A stretch of DNA of 63,906 nucleotides from Paraspadella gotoi. Lineage: Eukaryota; Animalia; Chaetognatha. The position numbers and the translations under genes are program-made. The stretch is taken from assembly GCA_051294375.1 (NCBI GenBank), contig CM119263.1:11215477-11279382 (forward strand). The letters are read 5' to 3'. This document shows positions 1-13,868 of the stretch, in pieces (within the stretch, counting starts at the first letter, position 1; the number at the start of each line of letters is the position of its first letter). Under the pieces are notes generated by a model. It was not told where the DNA came from, made no database searches, and saw only the letters and a list, made by a program, of their open reading frames with translations.

Positions 1-1027
1 GTAAAAAAACAGAAGGGATCAGGGATGAAAAAAGAACAGAAAAATGGCGGCGCTCTATCAGTGTGTATGCAACTATCCAACTATGCAACTATGTATGCGA
101 ACTAGTAAATTTCCTAGAACTCTATTATAACACTTACTTGAAGATGGCATTATAATGAGAACGTCAGTCGAGGTTAAGCGATCAACGAAAAGGTCATTGG
201 CTATAATATAACTAATAACTTTCTCAAGATATTAGATTTAACCTTAACTCAAGTGCCACGATTCGCTCCTCGTCTCTTCCGCGTCGTCCAAGTGTTTCCA
301 GAGATGGAATAAGAAAGAAGACTCATACATCTATTATTCAGTTGGTATTTAAAGCCGGAAAAAGAGGCAAAGCAGACGTCGCGACACGGAACAATAAAAA
401 AACCCAGAAGTTTCCGCCCGATGCATACAACTTCTTTTTATACGGTCGAGACGAGAGAGACCAACCGGAGACTTGAAATTGGGGCGCGGTATATCGAAGA
501 ATTTCTATTTGGTAATTTTCGGAATTCTTGTTTTCAATAAGAAATTTCGAAAATGAAGTAAAAAAAACAAACAAACAAAAAAAACAACAAAAAACTGGTG
601 GCATACAATGCAGTTATAACTTTAAACTTTCAATGAAACGTACCAGAAACTGACAAACTGACGAAATGATTTAAAATGGTTACTAAATATCGCGTAACAT
701 TGTCCCATCAAATGTGAAGAAGCGAAGCCATTTTGCAAACGGAAGCTCTGCACTGGACCAAAGATTTTCTGTTTTGCGGTAGCAATGAAACTGTAAAATA
801 TTCAAGGCGATGCGAGCAACTTGGGGAAAGAAAACTGGGGTCTTTGTTATGATTTATGATCTTTTATTTACGAAATTTGACGTCTCGAATTCAAAGGACA
901 TTCACCCGGAAATCTGTTATGGCTCAAAATATATTTTTAATATTTTTTTTTTACTTTCATACGTTTCATAAACAATTTTATTGACAGAAAAATTGTCCAG
1001 CTTAATTTTTAAAAGCAGATTTGTTCG

Positions 1028-1277
1028 NNNNNNNNNNNNNNNNNNNNNNNNNNNNNNNNNNNNNNNNNNNNNNNNNNNNNNNNNNNNNNNNNNNNNNNNN
1101 NNNNNNNNNNNNNNNNNNNNNNNNNNNNNNNNNNNNNNNNNNNNNNNNNNNNNNNNNNNNNNNNNNNNNNNNNNNNNNNNNNNNNNNNNNNNNNNNNNNN
1201 NNNNNNNNNNNNNNNNNNNNNNNNNNNNNNNNNNNNNNNNNNNNNNNNNNNNNNNNNNNNNNNNNNNNNNNNNNNNN
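1028..1277. other. Assembly gap (250 N)
   Basis: Run of N seen directly. Confidence 0.99.
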
Positions 1278-1581
1278 TTTAAAGCGGAAGAGAAATGGTC
1301 AAAAAAGGTCAGACTGGGTCAAAAAAGGTCGGACGAGAGGAGGAACAGAAAAGAAAATGTCGGACGGGAAAGGGAACGGGAAAAGGGAACGGGGAAAGGA
1401 AACAGAGAGCAATGATCAAGAGCAATGATGGGATTTTGAAGCGAGAAAAAGATGAGGATTGGAAGAAGATGAATGAGGAAGAAGGAAAAAAGTAGAGGAA
1501 AGGAAAACAAAAGAAATGAGAGAAGGAAAGAAAGGGAATGAGGAACTGAAAGGATTCAGTGCTATAACATAAATCCTTGCC

Positions 1582-1990
1582 AACTGTCAAAAAAATTCAA
1601 AAAAACATAAATATCATTTTTTTTTATTAAATTAACTGTGTCATGACAAAGTTGACTATTAGAAATTTTTCCCTAACGTGACTTCAATACTATACTTTGT
1701 TTCAATCCGACCTCATAAACGCTGTCTGCATCATCTGAACCATCATCATGCATCTCGTCAACGCCTTGAACGGCTCGATCCTTTCTTACTTCGCCTCCGC
1801 TCCTCTTCTCTTCTTCCTACAACTCGGCTTCGTCTCAAATCTCTTTTAAGTCTCAAACGGCTTTCCTCACAAAAATCCATTCCCCGCGTTGTTCCCCATT
1901 TAGCCCTTTCGTTTTGGCTCTCCTCTCCTCTCTTCTCCTCTCTATTCTTTTTTCGGCCTTTTTTTGAACTTATTTGTTTTTCCTTTTTTT
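1582..1990 (+). repeat. Direct repeat copy A1 (second copy ~5500-5935)
   Basis: Shared blocks such as caaagttgactattaga, catcatctgaaccatcatcatgcat and cgtcaacgccttgaacggctcgatcctttcttac. The copies differ mostly by 1-2 nt indels. Confidence 0.9.
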
Positions 1991-2009
1991 TAAATTTCTT
2001 CTTTTAAAT

Positions 2010-2034
2010 NNNNNNNNNNNNNNNNNNNNNNNNN
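2010..2034. other. Assembly gap (25 N)
   Basis: Exactly 25 N, flanked on both sides by sequence that recurs at 5.5-7.2 kb. Confidence 0.99.
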
Positions 2035-2725
2035 CTTTAATTTTCCAATACTCGATCAATTCCAGTTTTAACTGAATCTCATTAGGCCGCCTAGTCTTTA
2101 ACGTACTCGAGAATATCCGCTTAATAATCTTCACTCGCGCACGTGCGTGTACATCCCTCGTTCTCAAAGACCAGTTTAATCTACCTTTTTCTCCAGATTT
2201 AAGTTTTTTTCTCAACTTTTTCCTTCTTTTTTTTTTCAAAACTCGGACGTTTGAGCTTCCTTCACTTCGTTTCACAACGTTTGTGACCGAACATGATCGT
2301 GTCATTTGTCTATGACGCCTTAATTTTTATGTTTTCAGTTAAGAAGTTCTTTTTCGAGGGATATAAAATTTCAAATGTGAAGGCGAGTGTTAGTTTAGAA
2401 GAGTTGCATTTATGAAATTAGCATCCAAAAATGTATGATATTATATAGCATTCATTTATATAATATAAGTTATACCTTGGCTCCTGACTTATAACATCTG
2501 TTGGTGCGACAAATCTAGGTTGAATAAAAGAATCCAGTGTAAATGCGTTTTCCCCCTCTGCGAGAAAGAAGTCAATTATTGTGTTTATCTTTTTTTCAGT
2601 CAAAAACATTTCTAGCCTTGTTTAGATCCGTTTAGTCATTTGCGTTCGCTTCACGTTCAATTCCTCTTTTATAGTAGCCTCTTTTTGGTCTTCAAGAGAA
2701 ACAGAGGGAAAGCGAAACAATTCTC
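2035..2725 (+). repeat. Inverted repeat copy B1 (reverse-complement copy ~6545-7160)
   Basis: ctgaatctcattaggccgcctagtct (~2072) is the reverse complement of agactaggcggcctaatgagattcag (~7100). Colinear inverted similarity continues to ~2725/6545. Confidence 0.9.
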
Positions 2726-5499
2726 ACGTGAGCACGGAACAAATGATAAGTAAAGCAAAACCAGCCTGAGGGGAAGAGAACAATGATGTGAACATTCGCG
2801 ACCCATGTAAAATGAGTGCGAGTCCGAGAAAATTCAATTTACACTAGTCTTGGGTTCGACATCAGCGAGTGAAAATCTTTATAATAAAAATGCCCTTTTT
2901 TTTTTCCATTGATCTCAATTATTTTTACAAATCCCACAGTTGTAACGTACGTCTCAACCTGCTATACTTAATTAAATATCCATGCTGCTTATGTTTGCTT
3001 TGGAACTATGAGGGAAAGAAAATAATGAGCCAAAACAATAACTTGAAACAACCGAAATCTGAATTGAAATTTAACAAAGCCTAAAAAGGCCTTCACTGAA
3101 AAAGCCACGTTCAAACTTTTTCGAGTTTTGGCACGCATTTGTTTTTGAATTTTTTACAAGAATCAGACGCCACCTTTGGCCGGTGGGACTAAAACTAAAC
3201 AAAACAAAAGACACAACGCAATTAAAGATAAAACTGCGACAAACTTAGCAGACAGAAGATTTTTCACTGCAGTCGACTTCTTTAGGATTATTTAATTTCT
3301 ATGCCTGTTTACTACTACTACGTTACTACTACTAGAATAATCATAACTCTCTCTCTCTCCTTCTCTACTCTCTCTCTCTCTCTCTCTCATCAGCGTCTCG
3401 CGCTCTCTATTCCGCAACTCGAGGTTGAGCATCTCTGTTGTATTGATTTCTCTCCGACGGTTTGAGTTTTAATTGAGCCCTCTCCGGCTCAAACCGGACC
3501 AACTTTCCTCCGCGCGCCTCTCGAGCGACGGTGAAGGACAAACAACGACGACGAACGGACGACCTGGAAGGAGAAAAACCGCTAGGGCAATAAATCGCAA
3601 CACCGTGGGTAAACGGGGGCGCTGGCGATGTCGAGCGTAACCGCGACAACAACAACGACCGAACAAGCAGGGAAGAGGTTATTCCCGATGCTGAGACGGG
3701 AAACTATTTGAGGAAGAAGCGAGGTTCGGCGTCGCCACCGAAATGATATATGACGAGTCTTTTGTAGCAACCCGTATGTCTCCCTGTTCGATCCGATCGT
3801 TCACGTCCCCGGTTTCCCCGTCTCGTCGTCCGTACGTCCTCCTCGACGTCGTCGTCGTCGTTTTCGACGACTTCTTTCCTTGTTATCTCAACATTTTTCC
3901 CGCGATTTTGTTGTTAATTAAACACTGGCTGAAAAAAAGTCATTAATATTAAAAGTAGGATTCGAGTTAACAAGGGCGATTTAAAAATTGGTATATTAAA
4001 AATATGATTGAAATTATTATTGATTATGAATGTAATTAGAAGGTACGATAAGGAAGGAGGTGGGATTTTTATCGATCGATTGATGTTGGTTAATTTTGTT
4101 TATATATTTTACAATTTGGTTAATCCATCAATTCATCATGAAGTAATCTGATTGAACTTCTATTTCGATTATTCCCGATCGTGACAGCATTCACCTTTAA
4201 ATGTTAGTAGTAGTAAGTAAAGAAATTCCTTTCCTGCTATTTTTCCGCTTTTTAAAACTGAAAAAAGTGTCGAGATTAGATATAAAAAGATGAGGAAGAT
4301 GAAAGTAAACAAAGATTAAATAAAGTCGCGCTCGCGTGAGAAAAATCTGGATCAAAAGAGAAGAGAAACAGAAAATGAAGGCATTTTAGATGGAATTTTA
4401 TGAGATTATGGAATAAATCGTTCTTATCTCAAATAGTACAAAGAGAATGGTGATGGAATCTGGAAAGATTGAATAGAGACAAACCGCATCGATAACATCA
4501 TTCTGCCGCGTGGTCTCTCTCTCTCTCTCCTTCAACCTTAATATACTTCAACATCTCAATCTGTGAGCCATCTTCTTACTACAGTCCTTCGTTATCTCTT
4601 CTACTCTTCTCTCTCTGGCCATCTCTTCGCCTTCCATTTTCCCACTCTACTCATCTTCTGCTGTTCTCCCTCAGCTGTTCTCTTGCTCTTTTTTATTAAG
4701 GATCTTCTCCTCTCTACTGGTATCTCTTGACCTTTCGTCCGACTCGTCACCTTCATTTCTCCATTACCGTTACCGGCTTCTCGAGCCAATTAAAAGGTTC
4801 TCTTCTGACACTACAGTTAATAAACAACAATACTTACCCTCCTTTCTACCCCTACGGCACCTTCCCTAATCCACCTTACTTTCCTCCCGTCTAGTCCACC
4901 TCTTCCCCCCGCTTTCCTTCCTCGATAATACAGGTCCTCTCAATGAACGCGAACAAACATCCTATATCTCAACCATCTTTTTTTTCTTTCTTTCTTTACG
5001 TGTTTTATCATTCTTTCTCTTTTATCTTCGTCATTTGAAACTTCGTGAAGTCAGAGTTCATGGAAAAGGCTTACATAATTTTCAACGTGATTTAAAAAAT
5101 AATTAATAAGCTTGGAAGAGGATCTGATGGTGCGTGGTTTGAGTAGAGTAGAGAAGATATGATCAATCAATATTTCGTTTTAAGAGAAACGAAGAAATAA
5201 AATAGAAAAAAAACTTTATGACTTTTAAGGCTGCAATAATTATTTTGCGGATGGCTTATCGAATTAGATTTTAAGTCATTGTTTATAACATATTGTGTAT
5301 AATTTTTTAAAATTTTTTTCAACCTTACTACAATGGACGCGAAGAATGATTTAAAAAATTATTCAATTCTTTTGCATTAACTTTTGACCGCATCGAGAGA
5401 ATTCATATCTGCCATCAAAATTATTGTGTATAATTACAGGATTTCTTAAGCGAGATAGTTACTGCTTGTGTACATAAGGTCTACGCCGGGGATCCCGTT

Positions 5500-5935
5500 A
5501 ACTGTGCAAAAATTCAAAAAAAAACATTAAATTATGCTATTTTTTTTGTATTAACATTAACTGGTGTCATAACAAAGTTGACTATTAGATTTTTCCTACG
5601 TGACTTTTCAACTCTATACTTTCGTTTCAATCCGACCTCAGTTAACGCAGTGTTGCCATCATCTGAACCATCATCATGCATTTCTCCGTCAACGCCTTGA
5701 ACGGCTCGATCCTTTCTTACCTCACCTCCGCTCCTCTTCCTCTTCTTCCTACGAACTCGGCTTCGATCTCAATCTCTTTTAAGTCTCAACGGCCTTCCTC
5801 ACAAAAATCCATTCCCCGCGCGTTGTATCCCGCATAGCCCTTCGCTTTTGGCTCCCTCTCCTCTTTCCCTCTCTATCTCTTTTTTCGGCCTTTTTATTGA
5901 CTTATTGTTGTCTTTTTTTACTTTCTTCTTTTATT
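5500..5935 (+). repeat. Direct repeat copy A2
   Basis: Colinear with 1582-1990. Confidence 0.9.
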
Positions 5936-6544
5936 CCCGTTTTTTTTTCTTTATTTCTGGTTGTCCCCATCGTTCGACTCTCCTCTTGTTTTTTTTCTTT
6001 TATTTTTTTTATCCCCGAGCCTTCGAATTTGTTCGATCGTTTATATCTAAGAGAAGATGTGTCAGTGGAGATTTTTTATTTCAAACATCTTCTCGAATTT
6101 TTTTTATAACTCATCCTGCGCAATAGGTGTTCCTCCTTTTTTTTAGTTTTAGATCCACTTTTCCCTTCAGAAGTATACTTTATTGAGTGTTTTTCTTTAT
6201 CCATAAACTATCCTTAAGAAATCCTGTAATTTAAATAATTTTGATGGCAGATATGAATTTCTCGTCAAAAGTTAATAAAAGAAAATATGAATAATTTTTT
6301 AAAATTCTTTCATTTAGTAAGTTAAAAAATATAAAAAATTCTATTTAATACACGAAAATAATATTCAGCTTAAAATAAAGTTTTTTAAAAATATTGATAA
6401 ACTTAATGAAACAATTTTAAGAAAGAGTCATAATACTTTTTATTAACTTTTTATGGCAAATTCAAATCTAAAAAAATGTTATAAAAAAATGAAGAAACCA
6501 TTTTAAAATTTTAACATTTAAAGTAAAGTTACGGTGAAATAAAG

Positions 6545-7160
6545 AACAATTGTTTCGTTCTCGTTTCTAAAACTCAGACAAAGAGGCTATAAAGAGGAAA
6601 ATTGAAGTGAAGCGACGCAAATGACTAACGGTTACAAAAGGTAAATGTTTGACTGAAAAAAAGATTAACACAATAATGACTCTTCGCAGAGACGCATTTA
6701 CACTGATCCTTATTACCTAGGCACCAAAGACTGTTTTAAGTCAGGAGCCAAGTGATAACTTATTTATAAAATGAATATATAATATATACATTTTTGGTGC
6801 TAATTTCATAAATGCAACTCTTCTACTAACACTCGCTCACATTTGAAATTTATACCCAAAGAACTTTAACGAAAAAAAAAAAAATAAGCGTCAGAAGACA
6901 AATTCGCACATGCGTATTCAGTGCTCGAGTCACAAACGTGAAACGAAAGTGAACGAAGTTCAAACGTCCGACGTTTGAAAAAAAAAGAAGAAAAAGTGAA
7001 AAAAAACTTAAACGGAAAAAGTGATTAACTGCGTCTGTGAGAAACGGAGGTCCGCGCGCGAGTGAAGATTATTAAGCGGATATTCCTCGAGTACGTTAAT
7101 AGACTAGGCGGCCTAATGAGATTCAGTAAAACTGAATTGATCGAGTATTGGAAATTAAAG
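6545..7160 (-). repeat. Inverted repeat copy B2
   Basis: Reverse complement of 2035-2725 with many small indels. Confidence 0.9.
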
Positions 7161-7560
7161 AGTATCATAAAAGAATAGGGTAATGTGATATTAAGAGAAA
7201 ATGGGTAAGAATGAAAGAATATGGAAGAGACATAGCGCAATGAGCAAGGCTGAGGAAACTTCCGAGGACCACACTGTGTTTGAACCTTAGTATCTTTAAG
7301 TTTATTTAGAGTGTCTGTTTATCATCCAAAAGAGTGGCGATTACGCGAACAAGATACCCGGCATCAAGAGATTAATCTGGGCAAAAGAGCTAAAATTTTT
7401 CACCAATTATCTACTTTTGTACCTTTCGGGTTCCTGACGAATCTTCAGTGAAGATGTAATATGTATTGTATACATTACAGGGGAGGAAAAAAGGAGATTG
7501 GAGAGAGTTAATGTTGTCGAAATCTGACGAAAGTCCCTGATTTTCTTTCTGAGTGAGAGA

Positions 7561-7571
7561 TAGAGAGAGAG

Positions 7572-7617
<46 letters not shown>

Positions 7618-7632
7618 GAGAGAGAGAGAGAG
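7561..7632. repeat. (GA)n microsatellite
   Basis: Seen directly. Confidence 0.95.
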
Positions 7633-8902
7633 ATCGTTAATATTTCAGTATTCATCGGCTCTCGTATAAATTCTGTGAGGTGGTTCGTGTGAAGGTATTG
7701 TGGGAATCGGAGCTTTGCTTTCGTCGCGCTAAGAAGTCAATCTCTGGGTGTGATTATCTTTCGTCAAGGTAAAAAACGCGCGTACATATACTTTGGGTTT
7801 ATTGCTTTATATACACAGCAACAAACTGAAGACCATTAACCACTGTTTTTTTTTTTCGAAAGGAGATATTCTAAAGGCAAACAAGGACGCTTTTCTTAGG
7901 TTTACTTCAGTCTTTCCTTTTAGATATCTTTTTTCTTTCCCTCATCCCTTTCTTCCTTTCCCTTTTTGATCCCTTCCTCTTTTATTCATCCCTTTCTTCT
8001 TTCTCTTCAGATCCCTTCTTTCCAATCCCTTTTCCTTTCCGAGCCATTTGAAGGTCGAAGTAAGCGGACGTCGTGGCCTTAACTGAGAGAAGAGAAAGGA
8101 AAAGCCTCGTCTTCCTTTTTCGAAAGCAAAAAAGAATAAGATACAATTTGCGTCGAGTGAAGTATACTTGGCTTCCATCTCTCCACTTCCTCACGTATAT
8201 TTTTATAGACAGGTTGCGGATATTTTTTATTCTTCCATCAGAAACTTCGATATCTTTATCTCACTTTTTAGTCAATGATGTTGCCAAACTCCGACTTGTC
8301 TCCATTCAACTTCCGAGCGCCGTTCAGATATTTTATACGCTTTCTACTACTTTTTCTACTTTTTCTTGGACATCACCCGCACTTTGTCACCCCTCGCTAA
8401 CAGAAATTCAACTTTACAAAGTACATTACTTCCTATTCTGTCGCTGCTAGTTTTTCCATTGCTTTTTTTTTCTCATTTCACAGGTCATAGAAGAGACCCT
8501 CACCATAACCTCATAACTCTTGTTAGTACTTCTTGCTTCATTTTCCTCCATTGCCACAACGGGCGAGAATCTTAATCAAAAGTGAGAACGAAACTCACCC
8601 AATTCTCGTAAAACTATATTTTTTTCTCGTTCCAGCGCGTGCGCATGAGCGCGTTCGAGAATGCAAAGCGCGTGCGAGGAACGCGCGGTTTTTATTTTCG
8701 CGGAAATAAATTTTGTTTTGGTCTCTAAAAAAAATACGGGTTGAAGTTTATGCCAAAACACGAATCGGTTATGGATTTAGACGATTTATGAGGAGCGTTT
8801 ATTGATCCTTCATGAAAATAAAATGAAGCGTTTTGCGCCTTGAAAAAGTTGATCTTTTCTTGAGAGAAAATATTCGAACAAGTTCTGTTTTTTAACTGTA
8901 GC

Positions 8903-8944
8903 TGTATAGTGTATACTGTATAGTGTATACTGTATAGTGTATAC
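8903..8944. repeat. 14-bp tandem repeat (tgtatagtgtatac) x3
   Basis: Seen directly. Confidence 0.9.
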
Positions 8945-10901
8945 GTAAATACGTAACTGTCAAAGCTGGAATAGAATTTTGTAATTTAATAATTTACAAG
9001 TAACAAATTACCAATTTGAACATAATATCAATTTCATAAATTACTCATTTGGAATTTACATACTGTGAAGCAAATTTTGAGAAACACCTTTGGCTTCCCC
9101 TTTTTTATTTCACTTTAAGATTACACCAATCCCGATAGCTATACTTTGAATCCCACCGAAGTGACAACCGAAACAGGTGAAAAACAGGTGAAAAACAATT
9201 TCACACTTATTAGATTTTCATAGACGTAAAATTAATTCAGTACGTATGAGATTGGCGCTACTATAACACATGAATGGATAATTATATATTGGTTGTACAA
9301 ATTCCTAATGATCTTTTTCTTTTGATTTAATCAAGGCTTTAGAAGACTTTCAGGAAAGAAAATAGTGATGTACAAGGCGGTTATATTTACTTGGATCTTC
9401 GCATGCGGGTTTGCTTATAAGCATAGAGGACCTCATTTCAAAACATGCTCATCGCAAGTTACCTCGCAGCTTGAAAAGAAAACCTTTTTTTAATCGAATT
9501 GAAAATCGGACAAGGTTAATTTTAGCAACTTACTTTTTTTCGACGGCCCCCGAGTTTTTGCCGAGACCGCGTACATTTTAGCGATGATTTCCAAGTTGCC
9601 TGTTTTTCTAAAAGCGAAACGAGTTTCTAAAAATCGAAACTGACGAGTTCGTTTTCGATGAACGTCATTCTTTTCTCTTTTGCTGATGTAAACTGAAACA
9701 AAATAAACTAAAAGAATCAAAACAGAATTAAATAACGAGGGATTTGATCAAATCATCGGCGTATGATGAGCGTCTCCATGGAGATTTGCGACCCAGGGAT
9801 GAATCAGAAACGCTTTTCCGTTTAAAATAGTAGAATTCGTTATAAATTTTTATAACCGCTATTAGTTTTTGATTATTGGATAGGATTAAAAGCCAAAATA
9901 AGACTATTTTGGATGTCGGGAGCTTAAAAATTTTAAAGACTGAGAAACTGAGAAATCGCTAGTCCCAACTGACGGGAATCCTAATTTGTACTTCAGTTAA
10001 AAAAAAATTTGTATAGAAGTATTTTTAAGGTCAAAACTGTTAAACAAGAACCTCTTTAACAACGTAAATGCCCTTTCTCTGTTACAATGCCAGGTCAATC
10101 GTCTTGAAACTCTTTTTAAGTCACTCTCTCTGTCTTCAAAAAGTCTTCAAAACTCTCACCTCGCCTTTACAACACACAGACAGCTCCTCGATAGCCCATT
10201 TTTATCGGAACTCATCCGAAAAAGAACTGACCTTTGGTGACAGACAAAGGAAATAAAAGGAGACTAAACAGCATCAAGTAGGTTTTTTAGTCAGAAACAA
10301 GGCCATTGCGAAAGCAGACGAATAAGTTAATATTAGCGTTTTAAGAATTTGTTAAAGCAATAATTAATTCATTAAACTTTGCTTTGGAGTCATTTTGCGA
10401 CAAAGTAAGACTAATAGTAATAGTAATACTAATAGTAATACTAATAGTCCAATGACAAGCGGTCTCCTCTCCGAGCAAACGATGACGAAGGCGTCGACTC
10501 AAGCAAGAGGAACGAAACATTTCATTTTGAAAATTAAATTTTTGGCGCCCAATGTCGTTTAAAGCCGACAGAAAAAAAAAACTTTCTGGGTTCCATTCGA
10601 AAAAAATCTTGCAGCTGGGACCCGGTTCATTTAGGGAAGGGCGGAAATTTGAATAAACGCGAAGCCGCTTCCAAGGCTCATTTATTAAAAAAAAAAAAAA
10701 ATTAAATTGGACTGAAATGGATTGGATTTTAGTCAAAAATAAAAATGTTTTGAAGAGAGAAATCAGATTAATTCGTTAAGAATAAGCTACGAATCTGGTA
10801 AGAAAGTTGAGGAAACGAAAGTCTTTGACGCAGCGACGGAAAGTGAAACGTGGAATAAACGATGTGTTAATTACATCCAGGTCCACGTCTACTATTTTTA
10901 T

Positions 10902-10903
<2 letters not shown>

Positions 10904-10964
<61 letters not shown>
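10904..10964. repeat. (GA)n microsatellite
   Basis: Seen directly. Confidence 0.95.
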
Positions 10965-10966
<2 letters not shown>

Positions 10967-11687
10967 CCGCCAACGTTTTGAGAACTCGAAGCCGCGACGC
11001 GCGTGGGACGAAGGAGTAAAGGAGGAAACGCGCGCGGGTATGATGACGACGAAGAGGAGGAAGAGAAAGAAGGAGAGGAGGGAGAGAAGGGGAAGGAAGG
11101 GGACCAAACTATAACCGGGGGGCGGGCGCGGATAGAGACGGAGAGACGTCGTCGGCGCCTGGGACGGAATACGTGATAATCTTCGCGTCCGTCGTGTTAC
11201 TACGTCTTCTTTTTCCTCGTTTCGATCTCTCGCTCTCTGTCTCTTCCCTTTTCGGTCTCTTTCAATTTCGAGCGCTCACATTCTTTCCCGACGGATTAAA
11301 TCGATATTCAGTAAGATTTACAGCGAGATAAATTTTGTATGATTTACGTTCGAAATTCTTTTTAATCTTAATAATGACTTTGTAAAATAATAGGTCCGTA
11401 TAGTTTTATAAATTCCAGCGATGACTAAGATTTAAGGTTTTAATTTAGAGAGAACATCACGGTTTTCTAAACTTAAAATTTTGTATAAAAATGCGAGAAG
11501 AACAAAAGGAGATTTTATACGTAAAAAAGAAAAGAAAAAAGAGATTGAAAGGAGAGCTGAAAAAAAAAATCGAGGATTATCTGGTGTAAAGGAGGAAAGA
11601 AAAAAAAGGAAAAGAAGCTTTGGGACTGTGTCGAGGGAATCTTGCTTGAAAGGGAGAAAAGGAGAAGGAACGATAGAATTAAGGAAA

Positions 11688-11709
11688 CGAGAGAGATAGA
11701 GAGAGAGAG

Positions 11710-11798
<89 letters not shown>

Positions 11799-11822
11799 AA
11801 TAGAGATAAGAGAGAGAGAGAC
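11688..11822. repeat. (GA)n microsatellite
   Basis: Seen directly. Confidence 0.95.
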
Positions 11823-13695
11823 AGAGCCACGGAAAAGCCAATAAACAAAACGGAAAAAAGGATAACGCCGGCTCGAAAAAACAAAAGAATTCCGGAAATT
11901 TGATGTCGACGCTGAAGAGAGAACGAGAGTGGAATTCTTTCAGGCGCCCAGAAATCACGTTCGTTTCAACCGTGATTTTAATCATAATTAGTAATGATAA
12001 TGATAATGATAAAAAGTATTGGAATTTATATCGCCCCTTATATCTCTTTTTGATTTCACTTAAATATTCTCCTCAAATTTTACTTCCGCTTTACATTTTC
12101 GTGGGCCTGGCACAAGTCAAAGCCCTTTACGCGAGAATGGATTCTCTTCTTTGGAGAAAAAAAAAAACTCATCAAAGAACTTCGTCGAAATTGAAAATCG
12201 TTGGAATGACCTTGAACGACCTTGAACGACCCTTTTTTGACGTAAATTAAAAGATGACAATTTCAGCGAGGGACACGATAGCAGAAGGGGATAGTTTTTT
12301 ATGATTAATTTTTTAAGGCTTTGGACAAAAAGAGTTATGTTGAAAGTTATCAATCGATTGGTTAAATGCGTACTGAAATTTTAGTTTAAATCATAAATAA
12401 ATGGTTTTAAAAATGGGAGCTAAAACTACACATAAAACGAAAAAAAAAAAACAAACAAGAAACACATTTACTATCGCCATCCGCCAGAATGCGTCGGCGC
12501 GCCCCCGGTGACGTAACACTGAGAATTCTCTCCTCACACCAAGCGGTCTAGGGTTCGCGCCCAATTGGTGTCCATCCGAGTAAGCGGGTCGGGACGTCTT
12601 ACCCACCTGTACTGGCCGACTACATTCAGATCCAAAATTCTGAAACGGTACTATGTCCTGTCGTGTGGCTCTAAAAACGACGTTTCGTTTTTCATATTTT
12701 GTACCTTTAAGTCAAAGCAGAGAACAGGACCAAAATTTAAAAGAGACCGTGAACTCAAAGCGCACGATAGAGCAAAAAACCACAATTTTATTTGTCACAT
12801 CCAAGTTTTTTAAAAAAAAACCCTGGATGGAAACATCAGTTTTACGAGACGGAATCGCCGATTTCAAGGACGAACCCGAGATGATGATGAAGATGGCGTA
12901 ACGAGGTGAGGAAATTGCCATAAGTGAAACAAAAGCCGGTCGAGAAGAAAGGCGTCGAGGGACAAACTAGAGGAGAAGACGACGACCAAACTTTTTCTCC
13001 CGCAAACTCATTTTAAATTCAAATTCGTTCCGATGGAAAAAAAAAATTAGAAAATGGCTTTTTCTTGCTAAAAGTTATCAACCCGATCTGAGATAATTAG
13101 GCGTAGTTGCTGGGGAGAAGACAAAGAGAAAATCGTCTTTTTCTTTTTTTTAAATAATGCTAATTCACTCTTCATTTATTAGGTTACATATAATTTTTTT
13201 TTTCCTCAAAAAAGCGCTCCATTTCTGTTGGGAAAGCAAACTCCTCATTCCTAACTCGAAACACTGATCCTTAACCAAATTCCTAACTTAATCCCTAATC
13301 CCTCCCTATCTCTATCCTCAATTGAAGTTGAAATGGAGCGGTTTCAGAAAATATGGCGTAAAATTTTAAAATTCTCATTGCGGAACATGCAGTGACAGGC
13401 AGACACGCGGCGTCCGTCCTGGATTAATTGACTTTATTTAATTTCATATCCCCCTTTCTGTTAAATTCTCCATTGTGCAGCAAAGGTGTAACGACGACGA
13501 TAAAATTTTTCGTTTCACTCGAGGACAACGAAATAAAAAAAAAAGAAAAAAAGGAAAAAAAACAAGTAACGGTTATTCCAAGGTGTTGCGCCGCATTACT
13601 TTTATTTTTCCTTTCTTATCCTTTGTATTTCCGTTTATAAACGACACGCTCTGCATCGAAATCACGTCTTTTATTCCTTATAGTTTATAATATTT

Positions 13696-13868
13696 CTAGT
13701 AGTCGTTTAGGTTAGAGGTTTTTTCCTGTTTTAAGAAATGAGCAACAAACTATAGGCAAGTTAAAAGCGTTTTCAACGTAAGTGGGTCAGACTGACGTAC
13801 AGACCGACAGACCAACCGAAAAGTGACTTATAAAGTTGCTCCGCGAGTACTCGCGGCCTAACTAAAAA
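13696..13868 (+). mobile_element. Interspersed repeat, Helentron-associated (HINE/DINE-1-like) 3' end; second copy 59576-59732
   Basis: Both copies share ctagtagtc...aactataggcaa...aacgtaagtg...(GACA/GACG)n...ccgaaaagtgacttata...taactaaaaa. This copy has a perfect 16-bp palindrome, ccgcgagtactcgcgg, at 13841-13856. A microsatellite plus terminal stem-loop is the HINE layout. The class call is inference. Confidence 0.6.

Noticed and set aside
981-1428. ORFs running through X tracts (also 61416, 62412, 62632, 62808)
   Set aside because: They are open only because they cross N gaps.
10776-11985. ORFs with SLSLSL or RERERE tracts (also at 7407, 15387, 34669, 51679, 63000-63758)
   Set aside because: These are translations of (GA/TC)n microsatellites.
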